This document shows positions 9,400 to 19,695 of a DNA stretch of 53,364 nucleotides, piece after piece (within the stretch, counting starts at the first letter, position 1; every line of letters begins with the position of its first letter). The translations under genes were made by a program, and so were the position numbers. Under the pieces are notes generated by a model. That model was not told the DNA's origin. It was given only the letters and a program-made list of their open reading frames with translations, and made no database searches. The DNA comes from Acidobacteria bacterium RIFCSPLOWO2_02_FULL_61_28 (GTDB taxonomy: Bacteria; Acidobacteriota; Terriglobia; 2-12-FULL-54-10), in assembly GCA_001767035.1 (NCBI GenBank), contig MEKR01000188.1, positions 1 through 53,364 of the forward strand. The letters run 5' to 3'.

Positions 9400-11592
9400 T
9401 TACCGCGCCAGCGGGTCGGGGCGAAGCTGGAACTTGACGACCTTGCTGGTCATCCCTTTGCCGCCTTCGGCGTGGAACGGCGTGCGGTTGGCCCAGGTGG
9501 ACCACAGCCCTTTGCCCTTCCAGCCGGCTCGCGGATCGTCAATGCGGCCATCCATCCCTTTCCCATAGAACCCCGAGGGATAGGGGACGCGCAGACTAAC
9601 GAACTTCCCGTTCACCAGCGCAATCAGCGATTCATTTCCATTGCCGGTGATCATGGGCACGTCCTTGCCCAGGCCGAACGTGTCAAACTGATCCACCCAG
9701 GTGTAGTAGGGGGCTTCGGCGCTGCCGGAGTCGGTAATGCCCTTGAACTGTGGGCCGGGCAGCGGATAGAGCGTCCAGCCTTCCGGACAGTGCTGCCCGG
9801 TGGCGGTCGGTCCGTTCAGAGGCCCTTTGCACTTGCGCCGGTCGAAGCTGGCAAAGTGGCCGCTGGCGAGCGCGGCCCAGACCACGCCCTGGAGATCAAT
9901 GTCCATGCCGCGCGGCGAGAAGCCTTGCACGGCCGCCTTGGGGTTGTTCCAGGGCACTTCGTAATATTCCGCCAGCGTTGTCGCCGGCGGATTCGGCCCC
10001 GGGTTCAGGCGCACGACCGCGCCCGGAAAGCCCAACTGCGTCCCCCAGGCGGAATCATCAATCGGGCTGGGCGAGACGGCGTAGAGGGTCGGGCTGATCC
10101 GCTTGTCCTTGGAGGGGTCCAGGGGCTGGCCGGGCTCCACCCAGGGGTCCTGTTTGCCATTGCCGTTGGTGTCGAGGATGAGCGGAGCCCAGGTCTGCGA
10201 CTTCTGCTCATCGCCGGTTTCGTCGTACATCTTGGTGTTCAGCCAGCCGACCACCTGGCTGCCGGCGACGCCGCCGCTGGTCCACAAGGTGTGGTTGGCA
10301 TCGCCGTCAAACTGCAAGTGGTGCGTGCCGAAGCAGGTGGCGATGAGCTTGAACTCCTTGGTCTTAGGATCGTACATGGAGAGATGCCGGCCGGAGGCGG
10401 CGATCGGGAAAAGCTTCGCCGAAGGGTGGCTCGATCCCTGTTTGCAGAAGTCGAGGTTCTCGGCCGGACGGACGCGGGAGGTGAGCCAGAGCCGCCCCTT
10501 GTGATCAAGCATGGGGTTGTGGGCGTTGGCCTTGCTGTCCCAGATGACTTCGTCGCCCCAGTAGGGCGACGGCGCAGCCGGCTTGGTCTCGGCGGTCGAG
10601 GGGGTATTCGGATCGCGGACCGGAATCTTGACCTGGCTCGCCGTGTGGCGCACGGGATCGAGCACGGGCACGTAATCCGCACTCAGCTCCAGCGCCCCGT
10701 AAATCGGCCCGTTGGCGTTCACCGAAGGGTTCCGGCGGTCCGACGAGACTTCATCGTGAAGATAAACCTTGGGGTCGGCCCAGTCCCATTGGGTGACCAC
10801 GATGTTGCGCTCGACGCCTTGCGGCCGGGGCGGGGTCGGGGGCACTTCGCCGGCGGCGATTCGATCGGTCCAGTCCGCGAACATCGCGAGCGCGCGCTGC
10901 TGGCCCAGATTGTTGATCGAGCCGACCATCTGTGCGCCCGCTTGTCCTGACTGCACGCGCCGCCGCCAGGCGGCCACCGAGGAATCAAAATGACCCAGGC
11001 TCTCGGGGATTTGGCGTGTCCCTTTGCTGCCCATTTGATGACACGACATGCAGCTATCGGTCTTGATGGTCCGCAACCACTGCGCCTGGCTCTTGATGTT
11101 TTCGGAAATGCCGTTTGCGCCCGTTCCGGGAAACTCGCTCTTGTCCGGGACCTTGAGGAGTGAATACCAATAGACGGCCGGGTAGTATTGCGCCGCGGCG
11201 CGCGCGTTGGGCGCCACTTCCGCCTTCAGGTTCACGAGCTTGCCCGGCTCCGATTGGACCGGGGAGGAATCCACCAGGCCGTAGCCGCGCGCCCACACTT
11301 TGTAGCTCGCTTTGGGGAGGTCCGGCAGCAGGTAGCGCCCGCGATCATCGGTGACCACGGTGCGGCTGAACCGGGTCGGCAAGTCGGTGGTTTCCGCGAT
11401 CACCCAGACGCCGGCTTCAGGCCCCTTGGCGCTGGTCACCACGCCGCCGATGTCGTCGTTGTCAATCCGCACGGCTCCGTTGGTGGCTTGGGAGCCGTAC
11501 TGGGGCGCGCTCATCCCGACGCGCGAAACGGCCAAGAACAACGCCAACCCAACCACCCCGATGCTTCCATACAACACTCGTTTCGTCCTCAT
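9400..11592 (-). CDS. Secreted protein with a carboxypeptidase-regulatory-like domain, a c-type heme motif and a probable beta-propeller
   Basis: Signal peptide; GGVVTSAKGPEAGVWVIAET..TDDRGRY..ARGY domain; CMSCH heme-binding motif; propeller-like WLTS/WT repeats. Confidence 0.8.
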   Translation of the reverse strand: MRTKRVLYGSIGVVGLALFLAVSRVGMSAPQYGSQATNGAVRIDNDDIGGVVTSAKGPEAGVWVIAETTDLPTRFSRTVVTDDRGRYLLPDLPKASYKVWARGYGLVDSSPVQSEPGKLVNLKAEVAPNARAAAQYYPAVYWYSLLKVPDKSEFPGTGANGISENIKSQAQWLRTIKTDSCMSCHQMGSKGTRQIPESLGHFDSSVAAWRRRVQSGQAGAQMVGSINNLGQQRALAMFADWTDRIAAGEVPPTPPRPQGVERNIVVTQWDWADPKVYLHDEVSSDRRNPSVNANGPIYGALELSADYVPVLDPVRHTASQVKIPVRDPNTPSTAETKPAAPSPYWGDEVIWDSKANAHNPMLDHKGRLWLTSRVRPAENLDFCKQGSSHPSAKLFPIAASGRHLSMYDPKTKEFKLIATCFGTHHLQFDGDANHTLWTSGGVAGSQVVGWLNTKMYDETGDEQKSQTWAPLILDTNGNGKQDPWVEPGQPLDPSKDKRISPTLYAVSPSPIDDSAWGTQLGFPGAVVRLNPGPNPPATTLAEYYEVPWNNPKAAVQGFSPRGMDIDLQGVVWAALASGHFASFDRRKCKGPLNGPTATGQHCPEGWTLYPLPGPQFKGITDSGSAEAPYYTWVDQFDTFGLGKDVPMITGNGNESLIALVNGKFVSLRVPYPSGFYGKGMDGRIDDPRAGWKGKGLWSTWANRTPFHAEGGKGMTSKVVKFQLRPDPLAR

Positions 11593-11923
11593 GTCTGCTC
11601 TCCTCTCTTCGCTTCCCGCGGCTCCCATCGGGAGCGCAGCTCGGCATTCTTTGACCATTCCTCGGACGGAGTCTCACCCCAGCGCCTTGGCTCTGTCCCT
11701 GCTCACCATCTGTTTCCGATTGCGGCAACGCATCGGCCTGGCTCGGTACGATTCCAGAATTTCCCGCCTCGGGTCCCGCCTGCTGGTAGTCTACACCAGC
11801 CGGGTTCGTTTTGGCCCGATTTCTTCACGTGGCCAATGGCCCCCCGCTGGCCCCCCTGATCTTAATTGAGGAGCCACGGCCCGGCATGTTAGAACATTCC
11901 GGTACAATGCGACCAGGAGAATT

Positions 11924-13218
11924 ATGGAAACGCTCCAGTCCGCTCTGGGAATAGTCGCTCTGCTGCTGATGGCCTGGGCCTGCAGCGAGAATCGCCGCGC
12001 GGTCTCCCTGCGACAGGTTCCGATGGGCCTGGGGCTTACGTTCCTGCTCGCGGCGCTGCTGCTGAAGGTCCCGCCGGCGCGGGCGGCCTTCGCGTCGGCC
12101 AACCGGGTCGTGGATGCGATCGCGGCTTCGACGCGCGCGGGAACGGCGTTTGTGTTTGGCTATCTCGGCGGCGCCCCCCTGCCGTTCGATTCGAAAGTGC
12201 CGGGCGGCGAATTCATCCTCGCACTGCAAGCCCTGCCGATTGTCCTGATCATGAGCGTTCTGACGTCGCTGCTCTATTACTGGCGCATCCTGCCGCCGAT
12301 TGTCCGCGGCTTCGCCTGGGCGCTCGAGCGAACCCTGGGTGTCGGCGGGGCGGTCGGCCTCTCGACGGCGGCCAACATCTTGTGGGCATGGTCGAAGCGC
12401 CGCTGCTGATCCGCCCGTACCTCGACCGGCTGTCGCGCAGCGAATTATTCGTCGTGATGACCGGCGGCATGGCCGGAATCGCCGGGACGGTGCTGGTCCT
12501 CTATGCCACGATCGTGGGGCCGGCCGTGCCGGAGGCGGCCGGGCATTTCCTGATTGCTTCGGTGCTCGGCGCGCCGGCGGCGATCTTGATCGCGCAGATC
12601 ATGGTCCCCCCAATCATGGCCCCCAAAGTCGTGGGCCCCCAAGTCGTGGGTCAAAAGACGCGGGAGCGGCCCACCGGCGGCGCGTTCGATGAACCCCAGT
12701 CCGTTGCCGGCAGCGCCATGGACGCCATCGTGAAAGGCACCAGCGCGGGTCTCGAACTTCTCTTGAACATCGTCGCCATGCTGGTCGTGCTCGTCGCGCT
12801 GGTGCATCTGGCCAACACGATCCTCGGGCTTCTGCCCTCGCTCGGCGGAGAACCGCTCACGCTCGAACGCGGGCTGGGCATTGTCATGGCGCCGGTCTGC
12901 TGGCTCATGGGCGTGCCCTGGCGCGAAGCGGCCACGGCGGGCAGCCTCATGGGCATCAAAACGATTCTGAATGAATTTGTAGCCTACCTGCGGCTGGCGG
13001 CGCTGCCAGCGGAGGCGCTCTCACCCCGCTCCCGCGTGATTATGCTTTACGCGATGTGCGGCTTTGCCAATTTCGGCAGTTTGGGAATCATGATTGGCGG
13101 CCTGGCTACCATGGCTCCGCACCGCCGCGACGAGGTCATGGCGCTCGGCGTCCGGTCCATCGTCTCGGGCACACTGGCGACCTGCCTGCTGGGAGCGATC
13201 GTCGGCATTCTGGAGTAA
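11924..13218 (+). pseudogene. nupC: Concentrative nucleoside transporter (NupC/CNT family) split by a 1-nt frameshift near 12380
   Basis: Two overlapping ORFs join into the CNT motif AANIF(V)GMVEAPLLIRPYL. The sequence aac atc tt gtg ggc lacks one T. C-terminal CGFANFGSLGI motif. May be a sequencing error. Confidence 0.8.
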
Positions 13219-13228
13219 TTTAGGTCAA

Positions 13229-13278
13229 CTGGTAGCCACGGCGAGCGCTTTTCTCGCCGTGGGCTTTTTCTCAATACA
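13229..13278 (+). repeat. GTAG-type REP (family B), 50-bp direct repeat of 14401-14450
   Basis: ctgGTAGCCACGGCGAG-cgctttt-CTCGCCGTGG-gctttttctcaataca, 49/50 identical to 14401-14450. Confidence 0.9.
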
Positions 13279-13446
13279 TGCTTTGATTGTCCGGCCCCTG
13301 CGGGGCCGTGATCCCGTTGATGATTCCGTTTCCTGCGTTCATTTCCTTCGGATTCTTTTCATTGAACCGTACCGGGACGATGCGTGTCTTGCGTTACAAT
13401 ATTACGATTCTTGACGAACGCTCCAAATTAGGAGGCTGGCAAACCC

Positions 13447-14337
13447 ATGCCAGAAGAAGGTAAACCCAAGAGTGATGGCACCGACCCCGAGCCAAATGCG
13501 CGAGTTGAACTTTATGTTCCACCCTCCGTAATAGAGAGCTATAAAGCCCAGCAAGCAAAGTCCCATGGCCTCGAAAAGCGGAGATTTGCCGTTGAAATTC
13601 TTACATTCCTCGCCATCGTCGCTTATGCCATCATCGCGTATTATCAGTGGTCTTCCCTGCGCGAAGCTACCCAGGCTTCTAAGAAGAGCGCCGATGCTGC
13701 CACTAGTGCTGCCAGGATCGCCGGAGATACCCTGAAATCCGGCAATGAATCGTCCAAAAACATCTTGGCTGAAATGGGGAAACAGAGCGCGGCGATGCAA
13801 AAAGCCGCCGATGCTGCCAAAAATCAGGCCGATACCAGCACGAGAGCGCTGAATGCTACTATTGCCCAGTCCCGCTTGGATCAGCGCGCTTGGCTCGGAA
13901 CGCCTTTTACCATTGAGCCGGAATTTAGAGACAGCGGGAAACGTGTGTATCTGAAGGTTGGAGAAAGGCCAAACTTCGCCGTGCAGATTGCGAACTCTGG
14001 GAAAAGTATAGCTAGGAACGTGACTGTGCAAGTTGATTTCAAAATTATCGGACGGCAAGAGCCGTTCGCTCCAACCTATAGAGTGCCGATTCCAGGAAGT
14101 AGTGTAACGGTATTGCTTCCTGGCGCTCACGTCTCTATTGGCACTGGCGTAATTCCCGCCGCAACAACGCAAAATGAGGTAGATGATATTGTTAGCGGAA
14201 GTAAGGTTCTTTATGTATATGGGAGTATCGTATATGAGGACATTTTCAGGGAATCCCACCACTCCAATTTTTGCCTGCATCTCGATCCAAAATTGACTAA
14301 CTTTGCCGTATGTCCCACTTATAACGATGCCGACTAG
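13447..14337 (+). CDS. Hypothetical single-pass membrane protein with an Ala-rich linker and a beta-rich C-terminal domain
   Basis: 296-aa ORF preceded by aggagg; TM helix ILTFLAIVAYAIIAYYQW; visibly lower GC than its flanks. Confidence 0.7.
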   Translation: MPEEGKPKSDGTDPEPNARVELYVPPSVIESYKAQQAKSHGLEKRRFAVEILTFLAIVAYAIIAYYQWSSLREATQASKKSADAATSAARIAGDTLKSGNESSKNILAEMGKQSAAMQKAADAAKNQADTSTRALNATIAQSRLDQRAWLGTPFTIEPEFRDSGKRVYLKVGERPNFAVQIANSGKSIARNVTVQVDFKIIGRQEPFAPTYRVPIPGSSVTVLLPGAHVSIGTGVIPAATTQNEVDDIVSGSKVLYVYGSIVYEDIFRESHHSNFCLHLDPKLTNFAVCPTYNDAD

Positions 14338-14403
14338 GGCCATCAGGATGACAAGCCCCAGTGCCACAACGCCGACTTGGCGGTTCTGGCCCATACCTAG
14401 CTG

Positions 14404-14490
14404 GTAGCCACGGCGAGCGCTTTCCTCGCCGTGGGCTTTTTCTCAATACAACCCCACGGCCAATTGATACTGCCAATTGACCGTGGCTAC
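14404..14490. repeat. REP doublet (REPIN) upstream of the RAYT
   Basis: GTAGCCACGGC...hairpin...CCCACGG..CCGTGGCTAC: two inverted GTAG-REPs. Confidence 0.85.
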
Positions 14491-14508
14491 CATGCTATGA
14501 TTTGCAGC

Positions 14509-14949
14509 ATGTCGGGCGTGCATCGGCTTCGGCTGAGCGACCGAATTTTCTTCGTCACCGTGAATCTCCGCCGGCCGCTTCCGCGATTCACGGAAGCAGA
14601 GTTCCCACTGATCCTGGCGACTCTTGAGGAATCCCGCCGTCGGCTGGGATTTGCGCTTTGCGGATATGTGCTGATGCCAGACCACTGGCACGCGCTCTTG
14701 GGGCCTCGCGCCCCCCTCACGATCTCCCGCTTGGTCCAAGACGTGAAATATGTCTCCGCGCGCCGCTTGAACCGCCAGCGCCAGAGCCACGACCCCCTTT
14801 GGCAACACCAGTTCTGGGATCGTTTTGTGAGGCATAACAGAGAGTTCGGACAGCGACTCCATTACATGCACTTCAACCCGGTGCGAAAAGGCTTGGTGGC
14901 GAAGCCGGAGGACTGGCGGTGGTCCAGTTGCCGGAATTTCAGCTTGTAA
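14509..14949 (+). mobile_element. REP-associated tyrosine transposase (RAYT, HUH Y1 family)
   Basis: FFVTVN, GYVLMPDHWHAL (HUH), WQHQFWDRFVR, YMHFNPVRKGLV..PEDWRWSS; flanked by GTAG REP doublets on both sides. Confidence 0.92.
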
Positions 14950-15022
14950 GGAATCTGAACGAGCGGCGTGTCCCATCCAGATTGATTATGTCGAATTGCC
15001 GGATTCCTACCGAGGGTGAATG

Positions 15023-15114
15023 GCAGCCTCGGCAATTTTGCTTTTCCAATTTGCCGTGGGTTTGTTCCCGGGGTAGAAAAACCCACGGCGAGATACGACA
15101 TTCGCCGTGGCTAC
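15023..15114. repeat. REP doublet (REPIN) downstream of the RAYT
   Basis: Degenerate GCAGCCTCGGCA..TGCCGTGGG followed by CCCACGGCGA..TCGCCGTGGCTAC. Confidence 0.8.
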
Positions 15115-15267
15115 CCATCCCCCCTGCGCTTCAATTGCTTTTTCCCTCCTCCGGTGCTACCTTAAATTTCTATGGGGGAACGGCACGATCTCCCCATTGC
15201 GCGTGGGATTTCGGTGTTTTGCTTCCATGTAGCAATTCTATAAATCCAATTTGGAGGGTAAACGAGC

Positions 15268-16686
<1,419 letters not shown>

Positions 16687-16699
16687 GGGGAATTTTGCC

Positions 16700-16903
16700 T
16701 TGACACACGAGGAACTGCGGGATCGGGTCACCGTTATTCCAGAGGTTTGCGGCGGACAGCCTTGCATCCGGGGAACGCGAATTCCGATCGCTGTTGTCCT
16801 GGATGCGCTCGCCGAGGGCCTTTCTCCGGAGGAAATCGTTGACCACTATCCTTCCCTGACAGTCGAGGACATCCGGGCGGCCGTGGCGTACGATTCCGTC
16901 TGA
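16700..16903 (+). CDS. DUF433 family putative antitoxin
   Basis: PEVCGGQPCIRGTRIPI..VL..LAEG.S.EEI..YPSLT.EDI.AA. Confidence 0.85.
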   Translation: MTHEELRDRVTVIPEVCGGQPCIRGTRIPIAVVLDALAEGLSPEEIVDHYPSLTVEDIRAAVAYDSV

Positions 16904-16953
16904 ACCTTTACCTGGATTATTCATGAGTAATCACAACAGGAAAACGACTGCCA

Positions 16954-17159
16954 CATTTTTCTCTAGCCCAGGCGTTCACGCCTGGGTCGAAGGGAGCCCC
17001 CGAATTTCTTAGCCCCCTTCAGGGGGCTTGCCAATCCTTGCGGCTTCAGCTCTCGTAAGGTCGAGGGGCTTAAGCCGTTATCGAGAAGCCCGCTGAAGCG
17101 GGCTTTGTACGTCTTCGCAACATTCGACCCCGCCCTGAAGGGCGGGCTAGAGAAAAATG
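16954..17159. mobile_element. MITE/REPIN-like element (family C) with perfect 16-bp terminal inverted repeats and four internal hairpins
   Basis: catttttctctagccc ... gggctagagaaaaatg; hairpins cccaggcgttcacgcctggg, agcccccttcagggggct, agcccgctgaagcgggct, cccgccctgaagggcggg; inverted half copy at 52190-52268. Confidence 0.8.
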
Positions 17160-17256
17160 CCCGTCAAGGCACTGGTACGACTGAAATCATGCCCTGACGA
17201 AAGCCAACATTTTCACTCCCCAGTCTTTCAATGTCTTTCTTGTCCAAGGAGAAACT

Positions 17257-17973
17257 ATGTCATCCAGTCAGGCCGTCACTTACAAATATCTCGGCCACTC
17301 CACGTTTCTGTTCACCACGCCGGCGGGCAAGAAGCTGATCATTGATCCTTGGCTCAAGAACAACCCGGCCTGTCCTGCCGCCGACAAGACACTCGCCGCG
17401 CTCGACACCATGCTCATCACCCACGGCCACTTCGACCACATTCAGGACGCCGTGGAGCTGGCCCAGCAGCACAAGCCGCAGATCGGCTGTATTTTCGAGA
17501 CCGCTCTCTGGCTCCAGCGCAAGGGCGCGCAGAACGTCAGCCCGATGAACAAGGGCGGATCGCAGAAGTTGAATGACGTGCGGGTCACGATGGTGGACGC
17601 CCGGCACAGTTGCGGCATCCTGGAGGACGACGGCTCGGTCACTTACGGCGGCGAGGCCGCCGGCTACGTGGTCGAATTCGAGAACGGCTTCCGCATCTAC
17701 CACGCGGGCGACACCACCGTCTTCGGCGACATGAAGATCATCGCCGAGCTGTATCAGCCGCACCTGGTCTTGCTGCCGATCGGGGACCTGTTTACGATGA
17801 GCCCCAAGGAAGCCGCGTACGCCTGCCGCCTGATGCAGGCCAAGCGAGTCGTGCCGATGCATTACGCGACGTTCCCGCCGCTCATCGGCACGCCGGAGGA
17901 GTTGCGGCAATTGACGAAGGATTTGGGGACCGAAGTGATCGCGCTCCGCCCCGGCGAGACCGGAAAGCAGTGA
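17257..17973 (+). CDS. Metal-dependent hydrolase, metallo-beta-lactamase fold (UPF0173-like)
   Basis: YLGHS, IDPW, THGHFDH, HAGDT, LPIGD.FTM, PMHY.TFP. Confidence 0.92.
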   Translation: MSSSQAVTYKYLGHSTFLFTTPAGKKLIIDPWLKNNPACPAADKTLAALDTMLITHGHFDHIQDAVELAQQHKPQIGCIFETALWLQRKGAQNVSPMNKGGSQKLNDVRVTMVDARHSCGILEDDGSVTYGGEAAGYVVEFENGFRIYHAGDTTVFGDMKIIAELYQPHLVLLPIGDLFTMSPKEAAYACRLMQAKRVVPMHYATFPPLIGTPEELRQLTKDLGTEVIALRPGETGKQ

Positions 17974-18132
17974 CGAGTGACCAGTGATGAGTGACGAGGA
18001 GATTTTTTCCCTCGCAACTTGCGGTTGTTCACTGCTGCCTGCTGCGGAGCCCCTGCGGACGGTCGAGCGCCTGATTGGGGAGCAGGGGACAGCTAGCTCT
18101 TCTGGCTACTGGCTCCTGACTTCTAACTTCCG

Positions 18133-18312
18133 GGTAGTGTCTCAGTTTGAATTTTCTGGACCGTAAGGGCACGGTTTCAACCGTGCCGTAACAGCGCATT
18201 CTCCAGCGGTTTTAACCGCTGAGGGATGCACCTCAGGGGCTGAAGCCCCCCCGTCGGCGGCGGTTTTCGGCATGGCTGAAGCCATGCCCTTACGTCAAAC
18301 TGAGACACTGCC
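18133..18312. mobile_element. 180-bp MITE with 18-bp TIRs and an 8-bp target-site duplication
   Basis: TIRs ggtagtgtctcagtttga / tcaaactgagacactgcc (17/18 match); AACTTCCG directly repeated at 18125-18132 and 18313-18320. Confidence 0.88.
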
Positions 18313-18393
18313 AACTTCCGGTTCCCCTCGAAATTCCCGCCCCATCTGTGGTAAATTTTCTGCAATATGTTTTCATAAACGGAGGAGGTATTT

Positions 18394-19320
18394 ATGCGTC
18401 AGAAAGTAACGGTAGTGGGATCGGGCAACGTCGGGGCTTCGACGGCGTTGCGGCTCGCCGACCGGGAGCTGGCCGACGTGGTGATGACCGACATTCTGGA
18501 AGGAATCCCCCAGGGGAAAGGGCTCGACATTCTCGAGGCCGGGCCGGTGGTGGGTTCCGATTCCCGAGTGCTGGGAACGAACGACTATAAGGACACCGCC
18601 AATTCCGACATCGTGGTGGTGACCGCCGGGTTTCCCCGGCAGCCCGGCATGAGCCGCGATGACCTGCTGATGAAGAACTACGACGTCCTCAAGGCGACCA
18701 CCGAGAAGGTCGTGCAGTATTCCCCGAACTGTATCCTGATCATCGTGACCAATCCGCTCGACGCCATGTGCCAGGTGGCGCTGCGGGTGAGCGGTTTCCC
18801 GAAACACCGCGTCATCGGGATGGCCGGAGTGCTCGACTCGGCCCGCTTCCGGACGTTCATCGCGCAGGAGTTGAACGTCTCGGTCGAGAACGTGACCGCC
18901 TTCGTCTTGGGAGGCCACGGCGATGAAATGGTGCCGCTGGTGCGCTACTCCCAGGTGGCCGGCATTCCCCTCACGGAATTGCTCAATGCCGAAACCCTGG
19001 CCCGCATCGTGCAGCGCACGCGCAAGGGCGGCGGGGAGATCGTCAATCTGCTGAAAGCCGGCAGCGCCTTTTACGCCCCTTCGGCGGCCATCGTCGAGAT
19101 GGTCGAGGCGATCTTGAAGGACAAGAAAAAGATTCTGCCCTGCGCCGCCTACCTCGAAGGCGAGTACGGCATCCAGGGGCTGTACGTCGGGGTTCCGTGC
19201 AAACTCGGCGCGCGCGGCATCGAGCAGATCATGGAAGTCAAGCTCGCCGACGACGAACGCGCGGCCTTGCAGAAGAGCGCCTCGGCGGTGCGCGAGCTGG
19301 TCGAGGTCATTAAGGTGTAG
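18394..19320 (+). CDS. mdh: Malate dehydrogenase (LDH-like)
   Basis: [40 protein letters not shown]; RBS ggagg. Confidence 0.97.
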   Translation: MRQKVTVVGSGNVGASTALRLADRELADVVMTDILEGIPQGKGLDILEAGPVVGSDSRVLGTNDYKDTANSDIVVVTAGFPRQPGMSRDDLLMKNYDVLKATTEKVVQYSPNCILIIVTNPLDAMCQVALRVSGFPKHRVIGMAGVLDSARFRTFIAQELNVSVENVTAFVLGGHGDEMVPLVRYSQVAGIPLTELLNAETLARIVQRTRKGGGEIVNLLKAGSAFYAPSAAIVEMVEAILKDKKKILPCAAYLEGEYGIQGLYVGVPCKLGARGIEQIMEVKLADDERAALQKSASAVRELVEVIKV

Positions 19321-19537
19321 CCGGTCCCGCGGCGCGGATGGCCTGGGCGCGCGCTTCCAGTTGCTCGGCTTCGCTGGCGCGGTTCGTTTGGCGCAGCAGC
19401 AGGGCGCACTCTTCGAGGCTCGCGGCCACGTTCGGGTGATCGGGGCCGAAGGCGCGTTCCAGAATTCCCAGGACGTGCCGAGAGAGCCGCTCCGCGAGGG
19501 GGTACTTGCCTTCCGAAGGAGGGCACGGCCGCGTCAT
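19310..19537 (-). pseudogene. Remnant C-terminus of a tetratricopeptide (kinesin-light-chain type) repeat protein
   Basis: LGILERAFGPDHPNVAASLEECALLLRQTNRASEAEQLEARAQAIRA is a typical terminal TPR unit; no convincing 5' region. Confidence 0.55.
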
Positions 19538-19695
19538 CAGCGGCAGGCGCGCGATACAGGAACCATGAAACCACAGTAGGGGAAAATCCCCCTTCTTCAA
19601 AAATTGATCCAGGTGACAGTTGGAGCTGCAAGAAATCCGTCCCCCTGCTCCAAGTAAGACACTCACAGAAATCTCTACCCATCGGAGACGGATTT

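Noticed and set aside
12370-12410. Programmed frameshift in nupC
   Set aside because: No slippery heptamer or long homopolymer; a simple 1-nt deletion explains it.
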